From: Dimorphilus gyrociliatus
Lineage: Eukaryota; Animalia; Annelida
Reading direction: 5' to 3'
DNA length: 64,000 nt
Assembly: GCA_904063045.1 (NCBI GenBank)
Contig: CAJFCJ010000001.1
Coordinates: 1,178,001 to 1,242,000, forward strand
Shown here: piece by piece, positions 50,056-59,973 of the stretch
Layout: every line of letters begins with the position of its first letter
How positions within the stretch are numbered: the first letter of the stretch is position 1
The notes under the pieces: model-generated
Database searches by the model: none
What the model was told of the DNA's origin: nothing
What the model saw: only the letters and a program-made list of their open reading frames with translations
Program-made: the position numbers and the translations under genes

Positions 50056-50556
50056 AGCTATCGTACAACTGTGAATGACTTATATATTTGTAATATTTTA
50101 CAACATTTGCCGTCCAACGTTAAAAATACCGTCCTTTTGTTAGAAAAAACGATATAATCACATTTCAATCTTCATTTTTTTTTGTTACACAAAATTTTTT
50201 TTCAAGTCAATCAATAAATCATTCACTTTTTATTTACTTTTCGTAATTTCACAAACGTAAACAACTATATAGAGCGAGATATGAATAATTCCCTCTGTCG
50301 CTTTTTTTGTTGTCCTTTGAAAATACTCTCCTTCTTTTTATCACTTTAGATTGATGTGTCACATAGATAGAAGGATAGAGAAAGGGGTCAAGGAATTTTA
50401 TTTCAGAGTACTAGATTGTTTAGAAAACGGACCTATCTCACAAAATATTGTACTACATTTTTTCTGGGACACTAGCATTGTACATTGTAAAAAAAAAAAA
50501 GAAATACTGTATTCTCTTCTCCTTAAAAAATATTCAAAACAAGAAAGAAAAAAAAT

Positions 50557-52730
50557 CTAACGCTCTTTAAAATGTTCTGCAGCGAATTGCCTTGCTTCCG
50601 CCAGTCTAGATCGTCTGTATTTTGTAAGAGTTTAATTGAACTATAATTTTTTATTTAAATATTTATAAATAAAAATATAAAACTTACTGGCTTGATCGAC
50701 TAGTTGGAGGCGGAGATTGGTTTTCTTGCGGTGAGGATGGTAGTTGGCTCATCTTTTCCCAGAACGATGTCATACTGAGAAAAGAGAAATGGAATAATAG
50801 AAGAAGATATTATTAAAATTGCTTTACTTATTTGATAGATATTTTTCAAATTCTGATATATCACTTTCAAGAGTCTTCAATTGGGATTCTATTTGTTTCG
50901 AACTAATTACTAAGATATAAAAACAAGAATTGTTATTATTCTATTAGGATTCTTTGCACTTAATACGGTACCGCTTGTTGCCGCCGAAAGCGGTCTAAAA
51001 TAGGGCATAGAAGCAGTGTTATTCGTCTTTGTAAAATGAACCTAAAATAAAGAAAATGTGTTAATCTAATCCATACTCTAAAACATATCTATTAATAAAA
51101 ATAACTACCCCATCCAATATATGTAATGTCTCTATTTCATTTTGGAGAGATGTTATATAATTGTTTTCCTTTGTACACGGGTTGCATTGAACATTCAATT
51201 CAACTAAAGAAGCTAATTTCTTTAAATTCCTCTGTAAAGAAGTAAAAATAGATCTTGTTAAGAAAGGGGACCTGTTGATAGTCTACACTTATACGTAGGC
51301 CTAAGGCTGTTTAAAATATTTTGGTAAGAATAGCTTATTTTTTTACCAATTCTTGGAAATTTTCTATGTAATTATAACTGACATCCAGAATTTCTAAAGT
51401 ATTACTATAGTTGACTAGAAGATCTTTTGTTTCTCTTAATCGATTATTCGACAAATAGAATTCTTGCAGATCCCTATAAACAGACATATATAAGTCAATA
51501 TAATATAATAATCAGCTTTCAAGAAGTACTTTAGTTTCCCCAGAGATGATAGGCTTGTTAAGCAATTGTTGTTTACTCGTAGAATCTGTACAGAGAAGAC
51601 GGAGAAGAAAGAGAAATTTTAGCATTTAAAGAAAATTTCTTATTAGAAATATTATTACTTGAAGTTTAGAAGATCCTTTCAACCTCGATAGATCAGAAAT
51701 CTTATTGTCTGATAAATCAACTTCTTGTAACTGAATAAGCGAAAATGAGAATAATACTAAAAATAATAATAACAATAATAACCTTTGAGCATCTACATAA
51801 TTCTGGAATATTTTTTAAGTTGTTGTGAGTAACTCTTAAGTCTTCCAAATTAGGTAAATAACATACTGCCTGCAATAAAATATAGGAAGGTTGTAACAAA
51901 ACAAATAGCCTTATTAAGAATGATATAAAAGAAATAAAGTACCGTTATATTTTCTAACTTATTATGACTTAAATCCAGATAAGTTATAAGGGAACAACTG
52001 GACAATTCTCGCGTTTCCAATTTATATATATAGTTATTGTCTAATCGTAGTGTTTTTAAACGTTTTAAAGCTTGAAGACCATTGCCTATCAAAGGAATAG
52101 GAAACAAAGTGTATCAAGTTAGAACATTTGGTATAAATAGAAAAATTAGTCTCCTATCTCTTTATGTCATATAGAGTTGTATAACTTATAAGTAAAATTA
52201 TATATCTATATAGGAAATAGTAATATTAATACCCAAAGTAGAAAGTTTATTATATTGCAATTGTAAACATTCTAATAAACGGAAGTTTTCCAGGTTGTCA
52301 ATACATCTTATATTGTTCCCATAGAGTTTTAGCTCTCGAAGTTCCTGTATATTCGTTAAATAGATAAATATGCTCGTCATTTATTCATCAAATAGACAGT
52401 TTTGTTTAACATTGACAATTTACTTACCGTATTCTTGTCCAAATTTTCTATATTTTCAATTCTATTATTACTCAAATCTATTAGACGAACTTTGACAAAC
52501 TGTTGTAAAAAAAAAGAAGAAAGAAAGAGGACTATGTCCATAAACAAGACCAAACTTATGCAAAAACTGCAGTATGTTTGCAACGCAATTCGATAGTTTA
52601 TACTTGTATTATAGTTAACCTAATTTAATATTTTTTTCATTTGTAAATATATAAATACGTTATATAAAAATAACATAAGCACAGACTACTAACAAATAAC
52701 TATGGACTGTATATATACTATATGTATAAA

Positions 52731-52767
<37 letters not shown>

Positions 52768-53272
52768 CTACGGGTACTATTGAATTATTTACTTACAGCA
52801 TCTAAATTTCTTATATATTTAATACTCCTGGATCGAAGTTCTATTTCAAATACTTTTTCAGTGTTCTTCTCTTGAGCATCCTTCAGCTATTTTTTTTAAA
52901 TTACATTTTCATTAACTAATTAACTAATTAAAGAAATTGTATGCAAATGTGTATACAACTGAATTAAGTACTTACTATCTCGGTCACGTTAATTTCATTC
53001 GTTGTTTCAGTTCTTTCTTCGCATTCAGTATTTTGAGTAGTATCTAGATTTATAAATTTTATATCATCTTCTGTATTGTTATCTGTTGCTAAAATAGGTT
53101 CTTGTTGTTTTTTTTGTTGTTTATCCTTGCCAATTTTATTAATGGGCCCTTTTTTAATATTTTTCGTGGCGGATTTTATTCTTGGTCTCGTTTCTGGGTT
53201 TATAGGTGAAACGTAGTTCGTACGGGTCTTTGAACTTCTAAGAGGTTTTAATTGAACATTGGCCATCTTCAT
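50557..53272 (-). CDS. SDS22-like leucine-rich-repeat protein, 14 exons
   Basis: About 10 LxxLxLxxNxI repeats spread over small exons, an LRRcap (NPC...Y...LHILDG), then RPLSAA, a coiled coil, and the C-terminal RSRLAEARQFAAEHF. Confidence 0.8.
52735..52762. repeat. (TA)n microsatellite in an LRR gene intron
   Basis: Perfect TA run. Similar runs occur at ~23088-23125, ~32268-32287 and ~63798-63848. Confidence 0.85.
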
Positions 53273-53711
53273 GAAAAAAAGAGACAGTTAAAATTTATCG
53301 AATGTTATTTAGTTTGAAAGACTAACAATAGAGTAAATATTAGAACACTCTAGTGTTTTGTTGATAAAATCATTCTTCTATTTCTTCTTTAAGAGTTTAG
53401 TTGTACAGATTGTAATAATCGAAACTGTCAAGAAAATAAATCAATTAACCTTTACAGGTTTTTTTCTTCAATTGACAAGTTAATTACACAACAGCGGGGT
53501 CACACTTTTATTAGATTTGTCAAATTATAATTAAACATACTAAATTTATTCAAACAAAAATAAATCATTTTAAAATTGTTTTTGATCAAAGAGTCAATGT
53601 TTTAATAACTTACTCGTATATTATTTTATTCGAGATATATTACAAGTGTAATTTAGAGAGTAAACTAAACTTTAATCGGTGATATCATTCATAATCTCTC
53701 ATGCTATTTTA

Positions 53712-53743
53712 TGACGTCACCGGAAATATCTTTCCTTGGAAAC
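53712..53743. promoter_or_regulatory. CRE (TGACGTCA), ETS-like CCGGAAAT and X-box-like (CTTTCCTTGGAAAC) cluster
   Basis: Three adjacent motifs in the divergent intergenic region between the LRR gene and the GNAT-PARP gene. Confidence 0.5.
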
Positions 53744-53884
53744 AGGGCGATTCAGACGATGTGAGACAGTCGATACGATTTAGTTCGAAATGCATAGTCA
53801 TAATCGATATGATATATCGTTTTATCGGGAAGAAATCAATCACAGTAAGCTTTTAATTTACCGCGGTTCTAGTTTGTTTACATC

Positions 53885-56755
53885 ATGGCAGACGAAAAAT
53901 ACTGTTCGAAAAGCCTCTCGTCTCCTATAATTTTCGAATCCAAGGATGGACAAAAAATAACTTTAACCCCCTACCTCATCAATTTTAAACTGTCCAAATT
54001 AGATGCAAAGTTGCATAAAGAAAGCTATGTTACTCAAGGGGTTTTGTCAAATGATCTGCTACATTCCGTTGCCGCACTATATAGCGTCAGTCTTCCAGAA
54101 ATGTCACCCGACACGATTTATGATCATCTATCAGATCACGCTAAAACCATCGTCTTAATTCAAGACGAAAATGGTAATACATAACACTTTTCACCGTAAT
54201 AAATAACTTTTTCTGCTATTAAAAACTATATACTTTGCAGAAGTCGTCCAAAGCTACCCTAAACAGATTACTGCAGAAGAAGAACCAAAACCTGATTTAT
54301 CTAACCTAAAGCCAAGCGATGATAAAGACACCTGCCCCGTTTATGAATCTCCTCCAAACTTTTTCAAAGAAGTTTTTTCCGATAAAGAAAGCGAAGAAGA
54401 AGAAGAAGAGACAGAAGAAGATGAAGAAGACGAAGAAGATTTCTCTGAAGGATGTAATAAATTTATAAGAGATGTCGTACACAGAAGACAGAATAGAAGG
54501 GCAGAAATGCAGACAAAGGGAAATGAAAACTTTGGTATAGAAACTCGAATTGCCGCCGCGCTAACCTTCAATAAAACATACATGTAAGCACTCGTCTGTC
54601 TCATAATGTTTCAAGGATAACTGTATTCTTCTGTTCCAATAGCAATAAGGGTCAAGAAACTGTACATCATCTCAAATATCTAGCCACCAGATTGAAATAT
54701 CGCAAGAAATTTGGTATTGGGAAATATCTATTGAATGTATGAAATATTAAAATGCCGTATTCATAATAGTTTTTTTTAAATAGGGTTGATTATTTAACTA
54801 AACCAACAGTTAATTAAAGACAATACTATTTGCGGAAAGTATGATGCGATTGTAGTACACGCCGATAATGATGCAACAGGTTTTTTCTTACGTTATGGCT
54901 TTACAGATGACGTCATTTTAAATAGTCGATTTAAGTGAGTTTTATTAAAATAAAGTAAAAAAAAAAAGAGAATATTTTAACTTTGAACACTTTTAATTAT
55001 TCAGAGATTTGATGGAGCAATTTACAAACTGTACATTAATGAGCTATTTACCATCGTTTACCGGTAATTACTTATTTCTAAGCAATTAAGTACTATACCT
55101 CTAGGACTCCATTATTTTTAGATGATAATCGGTCCGAACCAGGCATGGATTTAGCTGATATGGACAGGCAAATAAATAAATGGCGATCTAAGGCTGTTGA
55201 ACATTTTCAAGAGCAAAGTGTTTTGTATAAAAGAATGCAAAGAGAAATTATTCACTTAAAAGCAATAACTACATCTCAGCAAACCATAATAAATCAATTA
55301 CAGACCAAATGCGATTTATTGTTAAAGCAAAAACTAGATATTGGTAAGCCTATGTAAAAACATTTTTCTCATACTTACATAAGATAAACACTAATTTTAA
55401 GGACATCCTCAATCGACCTTCTGTTTATAGCAGTTGTAAATATAACGTAGGCCAAAGTATATCTAGTGCTTCTATATAGGACAGTGACTAACTATCTTTG
55501 TTATAAACTGATAAAGCTTCTTTATAAAATTATTCATAATGTCTTTCCAGAACGTGAATATTTGCAGTATCGAATCAAAGCGGATCGATCAGATTCGGAT
55601 TTTGATGATGAAGATACAAGGAATTTAATAAAAGCTCTGGAGAAATACGAGGTAAAATGGAATTTGGATGACGACGAAGAGATGTACTGTCATGGAAAAG
55701 ATTCTGAGGAATTTTACGCTATCAGCTTGAAATTTAGAAAAAGTTTAGAAGCTGATCCTGAATTTTCTTTAGAAGATTACCAAGTACAATCCATTTCTAA
55801 GGTAAGCCTATAAAAATATGCAGTAAGTTTATAAAACACACGTGACTAAGTCACATAGGCTGTTTTAACACACAGAAATTTTTTTACTATCTGGTTATAT
55901 TTCATCTTAAAATGTTGTTTACTTCTCTTTAACAAAATGAGATCAGTAAAGCTGACATAATTAAAAGTCATGTGACATGAAATATGTATAAGTGAACCTT
56001 GATCTGATGTTGTCAGTTAATTTTTTATGCATAATATTTTCATTTCAGGCACAGATAAAAGATAATAGTGATAAGGGTATAGAAGCTTATTTGGTCGGAT
56101 CTACGAAAAATTCTAGTAGAATCCTGTCAGACGGTTTCATTGAAGAAGGTGAAATATAATATTAATACAGTATTCATTAATAATATTAAACGTCAAGGAG
56201 CATTCAGGTAAAAAGTAAAATGAATTCTTAAAGTAATTTAATAATGTTCCTTTGCACATAACATCAATTTCTACAGACTTATAAGTATTAATGATTAAGC
56301 CCAAACAACAAATAATGATTCTTATTTAAGCACATTACACAATATTCAAAAATGTTACTCATTTTCTTTGTATCAAATAGATTATACAGAATCTCAGGAT
56401 GGCAAAGCTCTACTCTTTACGAAATACCCATCGGTAGCCATTAAATCATCAAACCATGTAAGCCTATATATTTTTTCCTTCTTTAATTAGGGAATTTATA
56501 ACACTTAGTATTAGCACAAAAATACATTATCTTTCAGAATTCGTCCCAAGTGATATTTGCTAGAATATCAGATAATTGTTACAAGGAAATTTACAATGAG
56601 GTGATCTTTAAATAGATTAATGAATACGCAGTTATAAATCAATTTACGTAATATTTTTACAGCCGAACCAATCAGTTGGAAAAACGAAATACTTTGCTGT
56701 TTTCGACTTTAAATATGCTACACCTATTGCTTTAATAAAATTTGAAAAGAAATAA
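53885..56755 (+). CDS. GCN5-like acetyltransferase + coiled coil + degenerate PARP-like domain fusion protein, ~10 exons
   Basis: SVSLPEMSPDTI..KTIVLI / AAALTF..KYLAT..RKKFGIGKYLL..VVHADNDATGFFLRYGF..NCTLM (GCN5-like). C-terminal YLVGST..ILSDGF..GKALLFT..VIFARI..YFAVFD..PIALIKF (PARP-like). All exons join in frame. Confidence 0.75.
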
Positions 56756-56973
56756 ATATCACTATATTTGTAGTCTTTTTGAAAACTACCTTTTTACAAT
56801 CATCTTTAACACTTTTCTAACAGAATTAGAATTATTTGTTTCGATGAGATTGCGATTCATTTTTATTAATTAAATAATTAGTCGAAATTGTTGTAAAATA
56901 TGCACATAAATGCAAGTTTATTAACAAAAATCGATAAATATTCCAAGCTTATTCGATCAGCTGATATATAACA

Positions 56974-56987
56974 GCGCCGTCTGGTAG
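56974..56987 (-). promoter_or_regulatory. CTCF-like site upstream of the RING-CH gene
   Basis: CTACCAGACGGCGC at the start of a CpG-rich stretch preceding the 5' UTR. Confidence 0.45.
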
Positions 56988-57427
56988 CAATTTTCGCTGA
57001 GGGCGTTGCGAGGCGACGTAGACGAATAAGGACGGCAATACACGTCAAGTCGACGCCGCAAGATTTTAATAAATGCCAGGAAATTGAAGAAGAACTGTTC
57101 GGCTCAAGTTTTGTGAAGAGATCGCAGTTTAATCATCACTGACAATCGAAATATAGGTGACTGATTAGATAAAGAGCTGCAAGCGAAAAAAATCGGTGTA
57201 ACCGGTTTATAACCGGTAAGAAAATATTTTTTCTATGTATTTTGTCTCTATAGTTGATAAGGGTAGATATGGTTAAAACTGTTTAACTACAGACTGTAAA
57301 CAAGATAACTACAATTGCAACAAGAGAGGATCGTTCTTAATATTTTTTGTGTAGACTGTTTAAATTGACCGGTAACCGACTTCTAAGGTTCGTTCATGAG
57401 ATAAGATATTTCACTACGTACAGGCTA

Positions 57428-58096
57428 ATGATGGCGAACGTTCAAGAAGAAGAGTGTAAAAATCCTCTTGTAGAGCCTATACCAGTTATCGGGCATCCCC
57501 CACCAATATACGACGAAGATAAAGTTTCTGTTCAATCGATCGCCTATTGCCGTATATGTTTTTCAGGCGATGAACCAAATGATGTACTTATATCGCCTTG
57601 CCGATGTTCCGGCTCAATGGGATACATTCACAGATCTTGCCTGACAAGATGGTTGGAACAAAAGAAAGGCTCAAGGGGCAGTGCAAAATGTGAACTCTGT
57701 CGGTTTGTGTTCCACAGGCATAAAAAATTTAAGGTAAAATCCTGCCGGATGCCACCCGTCTCTCGTCGGGATAAGATTCTTCACACCGTCTTCGTTATAA
57801 ACCTTCTCATTATGATTGGCTGTGCAGTTGCAACGATCTTGTGTTTCCTGGCTGATAGGGAAAGAGTTCCACCAAAACGACGGCAGGATAAATCGAAATT
57901 GACTCGCGAGGAGATTATAACATTAACTTGCGGGGTACTCTTCTTCGTCTCTTTTTTTGTTGCCATGGCCGTTCAGATTAAAGCGAAGAATACGATCTAT
58001 CAATTATTTGTTAAATTTATCGTCCACAATATGGAATGGCAAATCGACGAGTATGATAAAAGTAAGGATCGGACATACCCGCCACAGTTCGTCTAA
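57428..58096 (+). CDS. MARCH-family RING-CH membrane E3 ubiquitin ligase
   Basis: CRIC...SPCRCSGSMGYIHRSCLTRW...CELC (C4HC3) followed by two TM helices. An acceptor (cag) lies just upstream of the ATG. Confidence 0.88.
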   Translation: MMANVQEEECKNPLVEPIPVIGHPPPIYDEDKVSVQSIAYCRICFSGDEPNDVLISPCRCSGSMGYIHRSCLTRWLEQKKGSRGSAKCELCRFVFHRHKKFKVKSCRMPPVSRRDKILHTVFVINLLIMIGCAVATILCFLADRERVPPKRRQDKSKLTREEIITLTCGVLFFVSFFVAMAVQIKAKNTIYQLFVKFIVHNMEWQIDEYDKSKDRTYPPQFV

Positions 58097-58433
58097 AGAA
58101 TATACGTCTCTCTTCTAGTCCGCAATACGATTCTGTTCTTTTTTTTTTCATCGATTGTAGTTCTTAAGGGATAATAATTTTCGGCCAGTTTGTGTGATAT
58201 ATGCATTCTTTAAATAAAAACGCAACAAGCCGGTTACCAAATAATAATAATATAGAATGTCATTGACCTTGAGATCTTACATGTTTACTTTTCGATTACA
58301 AGATATTATGCTATCATAAAACTGGGACGTTGAATAGGCTGATTGCTCTATTGGTAGTCTTCAACTTCATGTGTAGATGTCGCTACCGGCATAACACGTG
58401 ACATTGGCGATTTTTGGACGCTTGATCAGGACA

Positions 58434-59570
58434 ATGGATTTGAAAAGGAAAGCCGACGATTCCAGCGCATTAATCGCTGTTAAGAAAACTAGAACTGACT
58501 TAGTTGTTTCTGGAAATGATCGGAAGGCTCTTATCGAAGGCGTGAGTAAAATAATACGTACAGTTTCTTTGATTTCGCTAAATTCTTTTTTTTCGTAGAA
58601 ACCTAAAGCACCGGCTAGAACCTCCAACCTCCAATCGCCTATTATGCTCTTAACTGGCCATACTGGAGAAGTTTTTTGTTCTAAAATATCACCTGATGGT
58701 GATATTATTGCTTCTGCTGGATACGATCGGGCTATCTATCTGTGGGAAGTCTACGGGGATTGTGATAACCTGGCTGTGATTCGGGGCCACACTGGACCCA
58801 TTATAGATTTACAATTTTCTCCCGATGGCGAATATTTGCATACTTGCTCGACAGATAAGATGGTTTGTACTTGGGATATAGAAACTTGTACACGAATAAA
58901 GAAATTGAAAGGTCATACGACATATGTTAATTCGGTTTGCCCGGCTAGGAGAGGACCTCAAATTATTGTTTCGGGTTCTGATGATGGAACTGTTAAAGTT
59001 TGGGACGTTAGAAGAAAAGCTGCAGTTCACACTTTACAATCTGGATATCAAGTATTGTCAGTCGCTTTCTCTGATACCTCTGAACTTGTTTATTCAGGAG
59101 GAATAGATAATGATATCAAGGTTTGGGATTTACGTAAAGCTTCTAGCAACCCTCAGACTGCTCTGCAGCAACGTTTGAGCGGTCATGTTGACTCAGTGAC
59201 TGGTCTCTGCGTCAGTCCGGATGGTTCTTATCTTTTATCCAATTCTATGGATCAAACAATTAAAGTATGGGACATTAGACCATATGCTCCAACCGACAGG
59301 TGTATTAAAGTTTTCACTGGCCATCAACATACTTACGAAAAAAATTTATTGCGTTGCTGTTGGTCATATGATGGGCATAAAGTTAGCGCTGGATCGGGTG
59401 ATCGCTTTCTGCATATTTGGGACGTAAACTCTAGGAAACTTCTTTACAAACTGCCCGGACATACAGGAAGCGTCAATGACACTCACTTTCATCCAACAGA
59501 GCCGATCATCGTGAGCGGATCAAGTGATAAAACCCTCTATTTAGGAGAGATAGAACAGCCCCGTATGTAA
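58434..59570 (+). CDS. SNRNP40: U5 snRNP 40 kDa WD40 protein, 2 exons
   Basis: RTSNLQSPIMLLTGHTGEV, VSGSDDGTVKVWD, HTYEKNLLRCCWS and LYKLPGHTGSVN. Confidence 0.96.
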
Positions 59571-59973
59571 TAGCGCTATATGTAAAATTCTTTTGTAATA
59601 TAGTTGTTTAATAATAATAATATTATTTTAAAGTAATAATTTAAAACTTTTACATTTCCTTTTGTTATTTTTTTTTTCCTCCCCTAAAGTCTTTACTCGC
59701 AAATAAAAATTAAATATTACAGTTTTTTTAAGCATTGTATCTTTTTTGAAAAATAAAGGCTGAAATGAAATTGCAACAAATTTCCATGTCTTTTCGAAAG
59801 TGCAAAGATAAAAATTAACAGTAAAAATCAATATATCAATATTACAACTATATTTGCAGTTCTATTTTATATATTCTTCCAATTGAGGATATCTGGAAAA
59901 AGGAAATTATTATCATCTCATGAAGGAAATATATCATAATATTTTTAATTTTATAGTTTTGACAAACTATATA

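Noticed and set aside
51295-51300. 6-nt candidate microexon in the LRR gene
   Set aside because: The upstream intron would be 46 nt, and the LRR register fits without the insertion.
28724-53272. Apparent clustering of ciliary genes (CCDC39, CCSAP, KATNIP, LRR) and of proteostasis genes
   Set aside because: They are interspersed with unrelated housekeeping genes and compatible with chance at about one gene per 2.3 kb.
56200-56215. AG-GAGCATTCAG-GTAAAA in a long intron of the GNAT-PARP gene
   Set aside because: 10 nt (or 7 nt) is frame-shifting, and no compensating acceptor is available.
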